Source: Terriglobia bacterium
GTDB lineage: Bacteria > Acidobacteriota > Terriglobia > Acidiferrales > 2-02-FULL-67-57
DNA length: 55,115 nt
Direction of reading: 5' to 3'
Assembly (NCBI GenBank): GCA_046758465.1
Contig: JBHIAG010000002.1
Location: forward strand, 1 to 55,115
Shown: positions 1 to 7,905 of the stretch, in pieces
How positions within the stretch are numbered: the first letter of the stretch is position 1
Layout of the letters: each line of letters starts with the position of its first letter
Program-made: the position numbers and the translations under genes
Notes under the pieces: generated by a model
Database searches by the model: none
Seen by the model: only the letters and a program-made list of their open reading frames with translations
What the model was told of the DNA's origin: nothing

Positions 1-621
1 CTATACACAGCGTCTTGACTCCAACTCGGCCTAGCCAGTCCCGCACTGCTTGCGCGCAGAACTCCGGGCCATTGTCCGAGCGGAGATGCTCCGGGGTCCC
101 CCGGAGCGCGAACAGCTCAGCCAGCAACTCCAGCACATCCTCAGAGCGAATCTGTCGGGCCACGCGAATGGCCACGCATTCCCGGGTGTACTCGTCGATC
201 ACCGTCAGCAGCCGCAAGGCCCGGCCAGCACGAGGTCGTAGGCCCAGAGGTGGTTGGGCCCACCGGGACGCAGGCGGACACAGGACCCGTCCTGCAGCCA
301 GAGACGGCCTCGTTGGGGCTGTTTCTGCGGCACTTTCAATCCCTCCCGCCGCCAGATCCGCTCCACCCGCTTGTGGTTCACCTGCCCGCCGGCCCGCCGG
401 AGCAGGGCGGTGATGCGCCGGTAGCCATAGCGACCGTACTGGCCAGCCAGTCGGACGATGGCCCGGGTCAGGGGGCCCTCATCCTCCCGCAAGACCGGCT
501 GCTGCCGCTGGGTGGAACGGGCTTGGCCCAGCACCCGGCAGGCCCGGCGCTCCGAGACGCCCAGCACCTCACAGACCCGCATCACGGTCTGCCGCCAGCG
601 GGCTGGGCTTAGGAGTTTCCC
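1..621 (-). pseudogene. IS3 transposase OrfB (DDE/rve), frameshifted and truncated by window edge
   Basis: Minus strand reads ..RRACRVLGQARSTQR..YGYRRITALLRR..NHKRVERIWRREGLKV..PNHLWAYD. It then continues in another frame as GRALRLLTVIDEYTRECVAIRVARQIRSEDVLELLAELFALRGTPEHLRSDNGPEF. The break lies around 227-238 and is additional to the programmed orfA/orfB shift. Confidence 0.75.
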
Positions 622-887
622 CGCGCCGCCTCCAGCAAAATCTGCTTCTCCAGGGTGAGATCGGCAACCGCTCGCCGCAAGCGGGCGTTCTCCTGCTCGA
701 GCTGCTGCAGCCGCTTGACCTGCTCCATCCGCAGTCCGCCATACTCCTTGCGCCAGCGGTAGTAGGTCTGCTCGGTCACCCCCAGGGCTCGGCACACCTC
801 GGCCACGGTGCTGCCCTTGGAAAGCAGGACCTCGGCTTCGCGGAGTTTGTGGATGATCTGCTCGACGGAGTGCTTCTTCCTAGGCAT
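609..887 (-). CDS. IS3-family transposase OrfA (HTH)
   Basis: 92-aa ORF MPRKKHSVEQIIHKLREAEVLL..EQTYYRWRKEYGG.. with a leucine-zipper-like tail, directly upstream of and overlapping OrfB. Confidence 0.85.
   Translation of the reverse strand: MPRKKHSVEQIIHKLREAEVLLSKGSTVAEVCRALGVTEQTYYRWRKEYGGLRMEQVKRLQQLEQENARLRRAVADLTLEKQILLEAARGNS
615..621 (-). other. candidate programmed -1 frameshift heptamer GGGAAAC of the IS3 element
   Basis: rc(615-621)=G GGA AAC in the orfA frame (X XXY YYZ), two codons before the orfA stop. The -1 frame continues as GKLLSPARW.. into OrfB. Confidence 0.55.
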
Positions 888-962
888 CCTGGCCTCCTCA
901 ACAAGGGCCCAATCCTAACATTCGAACTGGACCGGTTTTGGGGGGTCAGGTCAGGAGAAAAG

Positions 963-1008
963 TGGCGGGGCCGACGGGACTCGAACCCGCGACCTCCTGC
1001 GTGACAGG
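963..1008 (-). repeat. distal direct repeat: 46-nt copy of the 3' part of tRNA-Asp (att-like island boundary)
   Basis: TGGCGGGGCCGACGGGACTCGAACCCGCGACCTCCTGCGTGACAGG is identical over 46/46 nt to 25822-25867. Identity stops at both ends. Confidence 0.9.
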
Positions 1009-1313
1009 AAGACTCAGAAACACTATCTTGCTGGCCCGTCTAGCTTTGTTCTGCGCGATGTAGCACGGTTTTCCACGGTATTCGGCAGTCAATGGACCCA
1101 AGTGGAGGGGTCGTATGCGCTCTCTCGGAAGTTCCCGATGTCGCACAAGTCGAGGAAGTCGCCAGATCGCGGACAGCAATGCCCTGGAACGCACAGACTT
1201 CGCTTGTGACGCACGATCCACACTTGGGGGTGCCTGGGGCACCCACGCGGTTCGCGGCGCTCACAGCGCAACTTTATTTTTCTAAAGTTTAATTCTAGCC
1301 GTGGCGCGGGACG

Positions 1314-1664
1314 ATGCCCGAAGAGGCCGTAGCCGTCCAAACCGAAGATCAGCCCGAGCCGACCCAGGCAGGCCATCCGCCGGAGTGCGGCTGCCAGTCT
1401 TGCCGGCGGGAGCGGAAGCGGCTGGCGGACGAGGAGTGGTGGGCCATGCACTCGGAGGCATGGGGCGAACTGCCCAGCCGCCGAGATGAAGCGCGGGGGC
1501 TCTTGTACATGGTCGGCAAAAACGGCGACACGGTGGACACCATCCGCGCCCTCATTGCCGTCCCGCCAAAGGTCGAGGCCGTCTTGCTGGCCTACGCTCA
1601 GACAGACCGGAATGCCCAGCGCGGGATCGAGCGGGTGGCGGAGGCGTTTGAGCGGTTGCTCTAA
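1314..1664 (+). CDS. hypothetical protein
   Basis: 116-aa ORF with protein-like composition (..ECGCQSCRRERKRLADEEWW..). Preferred over the 208-aa antisense shadow ORF. No family recognised. Confidence 0.4.
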   Translation: MPEEAVAVQTEDQPEPTQAGHPPECGCQSCRRERKRLADEEWWAMHSEAWGELPSRRDEARGLLYMVGKNGDTVDTIRALIAVPPKVEAVLLAYAQTDRNAQRGIERVAEAFERLL

Positions 1665-1713
1665 GACGGTGAGAAGCGTACCATCGAACAGATAGCAAAT
1701 TAGAAGGTTCAGC

Positions 1714-2016
1714 ATGAAACCCGTGAACGTTGGGCGTGAGCCAGACGATCCTGTAGAGCATGCCCTGTGGCAGTTTGCTAGCCTTGCGAACCGAAACGCC
1801 CTGCACGTATACGATTGGGACAGGTTTTACGGGTTTATCGCCCTAGCGCACGAGAACAAGAAAAGCTGGGATCGTGATGATGTTCGTAAGCTGCTGCGCA
1901 AGTACCAATTCAACGAGGATTTTGTCCAGGAGCTCGGCGATGCCTACTGGCACGGACTATGTGCCTTGGAGAAGCGCAGAAGGATAGAATTCGGGAACAG
2001 AGAGCCAGTTGGATAA
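1714..2016 (+). CDS. hypothetical protein
   Basis: 100-aa ORF in a visibly AT-richer patch. No family recognised. Confidence 0.45.
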   Translation: MKPVNVGREPDDPVEHALWQFASLANRNALHVYDWDRFYGFIALAHENKKSWDRDDVRKLLRKYQFNEDFVQELGDAYWHGLCALEKRRRIEFGNREPVG

Positions 2017-2106
2017 CGAAATTACCTGCCCCGCAGTCTAGCTTCAATCCCCTCCGCCACCTCCCGCAGCTGAGCCAGCCGGTCCCTGAGACAAGAATAA
2101 GCTGAT

Positions 2107-2490
2107 ATGCTCCTGAGCATGGAGAAGGCAAGCGAGGGATGGGGCTCGTACTGGGAGCAGCGTAGGGTTCATTACTGGGTCGTGCTCGGGGTACGAACAC
2201 TCTGCGGCCAAGTCCACAAAGATACGAGTGATTTCAGAGTCCTCTCTGCCGCCGAAATAAGACGTGCCTATGAGCTAGACCCGTCAGGGAGCGGACTTTC
2301 CGGAAGTCTGTGTAAGGCCTGCTATGGGCTGACGGACCTCGAAGGTGAACATCAGCTCATCGAGTCGGGTTCTAGGGAGTGGGGTTGTAGCTGCGGGGTC
2401 ACGTTCAAACCTGGCGACTATATCCCCGAGGTCTATGAGGAGCACCGACAGGAGGTTGAGCGAAGAAGGAGTGCCCGTGGTGGAGCCTGA
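2107..2490 (+). CDS. hypothetical Cys-containing protein
   Basis: 127-aa ORF (possible start at the ATG at 2119) with CKAC and CSC motifs. No family recognised. Confidence 0.4.
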   Translation: MLLSMEKASEGWGSYWEQRRVHYWVVLGVRTLCGQVHKDTSDFRVLSAAEIRRAYELDPSGSGLSGSLCKACYGLTDLEGEHQLIESGSREWGCSCGVTFKPGDYIPEVYEEHRQEVERRRSARGGA

Positions 2491-2616
2491 GGTTCAGCAC
2501 CCTCCCCCCTCCACCTTGGCGATCTTCCGCCAGATGCGCTCCAGGCGCAGGGCGCGGCGGCTGGCAGCGGGGGACAGCGACGGGGTTGACATCACACGGC
2601 CCATCTGGGGAGCAGC

Positions 2617-2655
2617 CTACTCCGTGAAGTTCATGCGGCGCAGCAGGTCCTGGAA
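2617..2655 (-). repeat. relic ORF-tail module (..RFQDLLRRMNFTE-stop), copy without promoter
   Basis: rc reads TTCCAGGACCTGCTGCGCCGCATGAACTTCACGGAGTAG and aligns with the copies at 4608, 9051, 12389, 12851, 13839, 16271 and 18839. Confidence 0.6.
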
Positions 2656-2680
2656 GCGGAGGTCGGAACCCAGCGGTAGC

Positions 2681-3349
2681 TCATCGGTTCGCCATCACGC
2701 AGGTGACTTCCCGCCCAAGCTGACGCCGCTCTGTTCGAATGTTGCAGAAGCCCGCACGACGCACTAGTGCTTGAACTTCTTCAGCCTCCGTTTCCGTGAA
2801 GCCCGGCGCTACCATGAATTTTCGGGATGGGTGCTTCATCCGAAGACACAGAAACAGAAGGCCCCCTTCGTCCAGTACCCGGCTGACTTCCCTGAAATCG
2901 TTCTCGGGGCTTGTCCAGTGGTGGAACGTATTCACGGTACATATTTTGGTGAACCGCCCGTCCTCGTAGGGCAAACTCGAGACCGTGCCCTGTCTGAGTT
3001 CGACTCGGCCTGTCTTGATGAACTCTCGATTGCGCCTCGACGCCTGCTTCACCATCAGTGCAGAAACGTCGATACCAGCGACAAATCCGTTGGTAGCTCG
3101 CTTCTCCAACATGTGGATCAAGGTGCCGGGGCCAAACCCAATTTCAAGCACGCGGTCATCGGGCTGAACGTTGAGCAACTCAACCGTCAGCCGGTTCATG
3201 TATGCGTTCTTGGCGGCCATAAGGTGGCCAACGGCCCACCCCAGGACCCCGACCGGGTGCCCAAACTGCCGGGTCCATGTGGATCGCTTGCAGGCTCCGG
3301 GAGCACCGGTTTCAGGCGACATGGGCTTTTCGCGTGTGGTCGTGTTCAT
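2681..3349 (-). CDS. class I SAM-dependent methyltransferase
   Basis: VLEIGFGPGTLIHML glycine-rich SAM motif. Start moved to the ATG at 3349, because the TTG start in the track is the -35 hexamer of the promoter cassette. Confidence 0.8.
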   Translation of the reverse strand: MNTTTREKPMSPETGAPGACKRSTWTRQFGHPVGVLGWAVGHLMAAKNAYMNRLTVELLNVQPDDRVLEIGFGPGTLIHMLEKRATNGFVAGIDVSALMVKQASRRNREFIKTGRVELRQGTVSSLPYEDGRFTKICTVNTFHHWTSPENDFREVSRVLDEGGLLFLCLRMKHPSRKFMVAPGFTETEAEEVQALVRRAGFCNIRTERRQLGREVTCVMANR

Positions 3350-3356
3350 TGAGGCC

Positions 3357-3385
3357 ATCCTAAGCCGCACACGCACCCAAGTCAA
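3357..3385 (-). promoter_or_regulatory. repeated sigma70-type promoter cassette (TTGACT-N17-TAGGAT)
   Basis: rc: GCGTTGACT TGGGTGCGTGTGCGGCT TAGGATGG. The -10 ends 7 nt before the ATG at 3349. A short GAGTAGG relic of the tail module lies 10 nt upstream. Confidence 0.6.
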
Positions 3386-3425
3386 CGCGCAGAGCCTACT
3401 CGCCTGCGGCGCTGGCGTAGTGGGC

Positions 3426-4538
3426 TCAACCCCAGATACTTCGAGCGGTTTCCACTACGAGCCGGAGTTTGTGTGTCTGGTCTTCCACTGAAATGCGGTT
3501 GCCAAGAATCGATGTAGCGAAGCCACACTGCGGGCTGAGCCCTAATCGTTCCAGCGGCACATACTGGCTCGCCTCGCCAATACGCTCGATGAGTTCCTCA
3601 CGTGTCTCCAACCGCGATGTCTTCGTGGTCACTAGGCCGAGCACCACGATCTTATCGTCCGGCACGTGCCGCAGTGGCTCAAAGGTGCCCGAACGAGCAT
3701 CATCGTATTCGAGCAGGAATCGCTGCGCCTTGACTTTTTGGAAGAGCGCCGGTGCGATCGGTTCGTAGCTGCCTTCCACGAGCCATCGACTGCCCTGGTT
3801 GCCTCGGCAGAGGTGAAAGCCAATGGTGACCTGCGGCGGGGCTGCCGCTATGACGGCATTGTCGAGTTCAATGGCGCGTTCGAGCCACCACTTTACACTT
3901 CCTGCCTGTTGCTCATAGAAGGCGCGTGTACGGGGATCAATCAACAAGGCATAGTGCGGAGCGTCAATTTGGACGTAGGTTGTCCCCAGGCGCACGAGTT
4001 CCTCTACTTCTTCCCGCAGGATTTCGACCACATCGGTCAAGAAGGAGTCGAGGGTCGGATAGACATGGCCCGAGCGCTCGCGCGACCAGAAATTCGCCCA
4101 GAGGCTCGGACTGGGCAGCGTAATCTTTGGGATGCGGCGAGTCCGCCCACGTAAGTAGGTGAACTCCTCAGCCGAGATGTGGCGCCGCCGCCGCAGCTTA
4201 CCCACCACGCCTAGGTTCGATGGGCGTTCGACATCTCGGTTCCCTACTTGCGGGTCTCCACGCCACTCACCCCATAGGAACGCGTCCAGCGTGTACTCGC
4301 CAAAACCCTCGACCGCCGCTGTCATCTGGCTCTGGAACGACTGGCGGCGCATCTCGCCGTCGGTGATAATGTCGAGTCCGGCTTCCTCTTGCAGCGCCAC
4401 CGCTTGATCCACTGCGCGGTCTTCGATCCTTTTGAACTCCGCTGGCGTCAGCCCACCCACGGCGGGTTGCTTTTGAGCGGCGAGCAATTCCGGCGGGCGA
4501 AGGAGGCTGCCCACTACATCGGCCCGTGCGGTGATCAT
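3426..4538 (-). CDS. cobalamin-independent methionine synthase (MetE C-terminal domain)-like protein
   Basis: ..VVGSLLRPPELL..IITDGEMRRQSF..FHLCRGN..LEYDD..LSPQCGFA.. pattern of the Meth_synt_2/UROD-like family. Start re-picked downstream of the promoter cassette. Confidence 0.75.
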   Translation of the reverse strand: MITARADVVGSLLRPPELLAAQKQPAVGGLTPAEFKRIEDRAVDQAVALQEEAGLDIITDGEMRRQSFQSQMTAAVEGFGEYTLDAFLWGEWRGDPQVGNRDVERPSNLGVVGKLRRRRHISAEEFTYLRGRTRRIPKITLPSPSLWANFWSRERSGHVYPTLDSFLTDVVEILREEVEELVRLGTTYVQIDAPHYALLIDPRTRAFYEQQAGSVKWWLERAIELDNAVIAAAPPQVTIGFHLCRGNQGSRWLVEGSYEPIAPALFQKVKAQRFLLEYDDARSGTFEPLRHVPDDKIVVLGLVTTKTSRLETREELIERIGEASQYVPLERLGLSPQCGFATSILGNRISVEDQTHKLRLVVETARSIWG

Positions 4539-4569
4539 GGTTGGCCAGAGAACCCGACGGTTAGCGGGC

Positions 4570-4598
4570 ATCCTAGACCGCGCCTCCCGACAAGTCAA
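4570..4598 (-). promoter_or_regulatory. repeated sigma70-type promoter cassette
   Basis: rc: GCGTTGACT TGTCGGGAGGCGCGGTC TAGGATG, with hexamers spaced 17 nt. Confidence 0.6.
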
Positions 4599-4607
4599 CG
4601 CGCAAGC

Positions 4608-4649
4608 TTACTCCGGGAAGTTCTTGCAGCGGAGGTGGGAGTGGAAGCG
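4608..4649 (-). repeat. relic ORF-tail module (..LRCKNFPE-stop), 9 nt upstream of the promoter cassette
   Basis: rc: ..CGCTTCCACTCCCACCTCCGCTGCAAGAACTTCCCGGAGTAA. Confidence 0.55.
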
Positions 4650-4672
4650 AGGTTGCCGCAATGGGTCGCTCG

Positions 4673-5248
4673 TCACCGGGAGGGTAGCCCAAGGTACCGA
4701 GGAACCTGCTTGCAGTAACGTGCGTAATCCTCGCCATGCACCTTACGCAGATGTTCCTCTTCCGTTAGAACCATCATATGAGCGATAGCTGCGAATAGGA
4801 TCACCCATCCCAGGGCGTACCATGAAGGGCGAAGCACAGCCAATCCGATTATTATCGGAACACTTCCGACGATCTGGGGATTCCTGGTCACACGATAGAA
4901 GCCGGTCTGTCTCAGCACATTCACTTTTCGGCCCAAGGAGCGATCCAGCCCAAGCCCAGCCATTGCCGTGACCAAAAGAACGAGTCCGACGCCTATCAAA
5001 GTCACGCCACTAATCCTGAGGAGCGGATCGACACGCGGGTCGTGGAACCAGAACCTAGGCCAGCTGCACGGATTGTAGAGGCATGGAAAGCTGAAATACA
5101 AACTCCAGATCAGAAACTGGAGAGAAGAAGAAAACAGCGTCAGCCGACCTTTTTGTCGGTAGTCACGCCGGACGAAGATCCGAAAGATCACAAAGGCGCT
5201 GGCAAACAGTAGGAAAACATAAATGAGGTAGACGGTGGGGATCGTCAT
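4673..5248 (-). CDS. isoprenylcysteine carboxyl / phospholipid methyltransferase-family membrane protein
   Basis: Multi-TM protein with C-terminal ..YRVTRNPQIVG..MMVLTEEEHLRKVHGEDYARYCKQVPRYL, typical of the ICMT/PEMT family. Start set at the ATG at 5248, downstream of a promoter relic and a GGAAGG SD. Confidence 0.75.
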   Translation of the reverse strand: MTIPTVYLIYVFLLFASAFVIFRIFVRRDYRQKGRLTLFSSSLQFLIWSLYFSFPCLYNPCSWPRFWFHDPRVDPLLRISGVTLIGVGLVLLVTAMAGLGLDRSLGRKVNVLRQTGFYRVTRNPQIVGSVPIIIGLAVLRPSWYALGWVILFAAIAHMMVLTEEEHLRKVHGEDYARYCKQVPRYLGLPSR

Positions 5249-5283
5249 GTAACCTTCCGACTGCAACTCCCCCCTTGGCAGCC

Positions 5284-5312
5284 ATCCTAGGCCCCACCCG
5301 CAGGCAAGCGCT
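5284..5312 (-). promoter_or_regulatory. promoter-cassette relic (spacer and -10 kept, -35 replaced)
   Basis: rc: AGCGCT TGCCTGCGGGTGGGGCC TAGGATGG. A second degenerate copy with TTGACT lies at 5372-5377. Confidence 0.4.
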
Positions 5313-5522
5313 GTGACCGCCGTCACATGTGAGTTGTGAGGAATGCTGGGGTTTCGCCCCGCCTACAGCCAAGTCAACGCGGGGTGTACGAGAACCAACT
5401 CTTTCCGGGTGGTCTAATTCCTGGACTCACGGCTTCGTAGAAGCAGGCAGTTGTAAGGGGATGTGCGGAAGGGTTTTTGGGCGGTTTCTGAAGGGCGCGC
5501 TGGGCGGTGTTCTAGGCCTGCG

Positions 5523-5551
5523 TTAACTTGCCTGCGGGCGGGGCGTAGGAT
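5523..5551 (+). promoter_or_regulatory. repeated sigma70-type promoter cassette
   Basis: GCGTTAACT TGCCTGCGGGCGGGGCG TAGGATGG. Confidence 0.55.
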
Positions 5552-5631
5552 GGCTGCAACAACGGGAGAGTTCCTTCCTATGATTGGCCGTGCCATCGCA
5601 AAGCACCGCGCACAAGACCTAACACAAGAAA

Positions 5632-5928
5632 TTGGAGAGCAAGAATGACTGGCGAGGACAGTTAAATGGCACCACGGCGCTGATGGTTGCGGCATCGAAC
5701 GGGCACGCGGAGGTCGTTCGCACCTTGCTTGAGGCTGGCGCGGATGTCGATGCAAGAACTGAAGGCGGGATGCCGGCTCCGCTGAATGTACGTGGGATGA
5801 CAGCTCTGCTCGGTGCGGCAGGTGGGGGTCACACCGATGTCGTTCAAGCTCTACTCGATGGGGGTGCCGAGGACAACCTTGGCGCCACAATCATCTTTTT
5901 CCGGACTGACTCCATGTCGACGATGTAA
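5632..5928 (+). CDS. ankyrin-repeat protein (short, possibly a fragment)
   Basis: ..GTTALMVAASNGHAEVVRTLLEAGADVDART..GMTALLGAAGGGHTDVVQALLDGGA.. gives two ankyrin repeats. It has a TTG start and an out-of-frame upstream ORF, so it may be a remnant. Confidence 0.5.
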   Translation: MESKNDWRGQLNGTTALMVAASNGHAEVVRTLLEAGADVDARTEGGMPAPLNVRGMTALLGAAGGGHTDVVQALLDGGAEDNLGATIIFFRTDSMSTM

Positions 5929-6054
5929 GCGGCACTTGATTGCGGTAGACTAGGAGAGCAAGTCGTGGGTCCGATTACCCTGGATGGGAGTGGCCCGACC
6001 TAGCAGACCAGCCGGGTCAAGTTCACCGGCTGCCTCAACCGAGCGGAGTGTCTG

Positions 6055-6948
6055 ATGAAGCTGGCAGGAATCTATCCGATTGTTCCAACCCCCTTTGATG
6101 AATCAGGAAGAATCGATCCGGAAAGTATCCAGCGCCTGACTGCGTTCATGGCCGGCTGCGGCGTGCAGGGCCTTGCCATCCTGGGTGTGATGGGCGAGGC
6201 GCAGAAACTGAACGACGCCGAGCGGGTCGAAGTCATCAAGGCATTCCGTACCGCCCTTCCGGAAAACTTGGCTTTGGTCGTCGGGGTCCGTGCCGCTGGA
6301 ACCGATCCCGCCGTGGACCAGGCGCGGACGGCGCAGGACTTGGGCGCCAATGCCTTGCTGGTGGGCCCGCCGCCCATCCAGAAGGACGGCGCCATTTTTA
6401 CTTACTACCAGCGCGTCGCCCAGGCGGTCGACGTACCTCTTGTGATCCATGACTACCCGGCATCAACAGGTATCCTGATGTCTCCAGAACTGATCGCCCG
6501 GTTGCATCGCGAGGTGGAGGGGATTCCCTACATCAAGCTGGAAGACCCGCCCACGGGGCCGAAGATGGACAGGGTGCGCGAGCTGGCGGGTGACCCCCTG
6601 GGCGTGTTCGGGGCCCTGGGCGGAATGTACGCGTTCGAAGAGCTGGACCGGGGCGCGCTCGGCATCATGACCGGCTTCGCCTATCCCGAACTTCTGGTTG
6701 ACCTCTACCAGCGCTACTCGAAGGGTGATGTCGCCGGCGCGGCGACGCTCTTCTATGACATGCTGCCTCTCATCCGCTTTGAGTTTCAGCCGGGGATGGG
6801 GATTTCGCTCCGCAAGCACATCCTGGTGCAGCGGGGCATCATTCGAACCGCCACCATCCGTCACCCGGGCGCGCAGGCCGACGCCAGGACCTTGGAACAC
6901 CTCGAGCGAATCCTGGACCACATGAGGCAGCGCGGCTACAAAGTCTAG
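6055..6948 (+). CDS. dihydrodipicolinate synthase/N-acetylneuraminate lyase-family aldolase
   Basis: MKLAGIYPIVPTPFDESGRID..GVQGLAILGVMGE.. is the class I aldolase (DapA-like) pattern. Confidence 0.8.
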   Translation: MKLAGIYPIVPTPFDESGRIDPESIQRLTAFMAGCGVQGLAILGVMGEAQKLNDAERVEVIKAFRTALPENLALVVGVRAAGTDPAVDQARTAQDLGANALLVGPPPIQKDGAIFTYYQRVAQAVDVPLVIHDYPASTGILMSPELIARLHREVEGIPYIKLEDPPTGPKMDRVRELAGDPLGVFGALGGMYAFEELDRGALGIMTGFAYPELLVDLYQRYSKGDVAGAATLFYDMLPLIRFEFQPGMGISLRKHILVQRGIIRTATIRHPGAQADARTLEHLERILDHMRQRGYKV

Positions 6949-6972
6949 CGATTCCCGCGGAGGCAACCGCTC

Positions 6973-7836
6973 ATGCGTCTGGCATCCATCCGTACTCACA
7001 AGGGCGAGACCGCTGCCGTGGTTCTGGATGATGGAGCGTTGCCTGTCGAGCGTCTGGCCGCTGCCCGGCAGAAACCGCTGCCGGCTACCCTGATGGAGCT
7101 GATCGCCGGTGGCCATCTCCCGGCTGTGGCTTCGGTGATGGCAGAGGACCCGCTGCCGGAACTAATTCCTCACGACAAGGTGGCCTACGGCCCTCCACTC
7201 CAACGGCCGGGGAAGATCTGGGGCATCGGCCTCAACTACCGTGAGCACGCTCGCGATCTCGATGTGAGTATGCCGACCCATCCGGCCAGCTTCATGAAAC
7301 CCGCCACCGCCATCATCGGATTCGGAGAAGCCATCTGCCTGCCCGCCGAGTCCCAGCGGGTGACGGCAGAAGCGGAGCTCGGCGTCATCATTGGCCGTCG
7401 TTGCCGCAACGCTAGCGGAGAAGAAGCGCGTCAGGCCATCTTCGGTTTCACCTGTGTGCTCGACATGACCGCCGAAGACATCCTGCGGCAGAATCCGCGC
7501 TTCCTGACCCGGGCCAAGAGCTTCGACACCTTTTTCAGTTTCGGGCCCGTTGTCCTGACCGCCGATGAAGTGTCCGACCTCCGCCAGCTGGTGGTGCGCA
7601 CCATCGTCAACGAGGAAGTTCGCGCGGAGAACACCGTGTCCAACATGACGTTCGATCCCCTCGAATTGATACGGTTTCACTCGCAGGGGATGACGCTGGA
7701 ACCGGGCGACATCATCTCCACCGGCACGCCGGGGGCCTGGCCGGTCCAGCCGGGCGATGTAGTGCGCTGCGAGATTTCGGGCTTCCCTCACTTGGAGAAT
7801 CGAGTTCAAGCGCCGGCGCGGGAGGGACAGAGCTAA
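6973..7836 (+). CDS. fumarylacetoacetate hydrolase (FAH)-family protein
   Basis: ..KIWGIGLNYREHA..AELGVIIG..TRAKSFDTF..GDIISTGTPG.. is a FAH-fold signature. Confidence 0.85.
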   Translation: MRLASIRTHKGETAAVVLDDGALPVERLAAARQKPLPATLMELIAGGHLPAVASVMAEDPLPELIPHDKVAYGPPLQRPGKIWGIGLNYREHARDLDVSMPTHPASFMKPATAIIGFGEAICLPAESQRVTAEAELGVIIGRRCRNASGEEARQAIFGFTCVLDMTAEDILRQNPRFLTRAKSFDTFFSFGPVVLTADEVSDLRQLVVRTIVNEEVRAENTVSNMTFDPLELIRFHSQGMTLEPGDIISTGTPGAWPVQPGDVVRCEISGFPHLENRVQAPAREGQS

Positions 7837-7905
7837 GAAGCAACAGGACGGGACGTTGCCTCGGCTTCGTCCCCCTACACTCGGCGTTCAGCAGAGGAGG
7901 ACACC

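Larger units (their letters stand above)
1..953 (-). mobile_element. IS3-family insertion sequence, partial (runs off the left window edge)
   Basis: Minus-strand orfA/orfB pair typical of IS3 family. Element end read as rc(927-953)=TGACCTGACCCCCCAAAACCGGTCCAG (TG.. terminus). The DDE reading frame reaches position 1, so the other end is outside the window. Confidence 0.8.

Noticed and set aside
1046-1069. The short match GCG-AT-GTAGCACGG near the orphan repeat resembles the tRNA-Val promoter region (25996-26010), hinting at a larger segmental duplication
   Set aside because: Only about 12-14 nt match, with an indel, and nothing corresponds to tRNA-Val or the 5' half of tRNA-Asp between the two pieces. 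Chance similarity cannot be excluded.
1089-1290. Cys/His-rich minus-strand translations (..RCERR..VRHKRSL..LDLCD..) looked faintly like a degraded HNH nuclease
   Set aside because: The motifs are spread over different frames and none fits the HNH spacing. The call is not supportable by eye.
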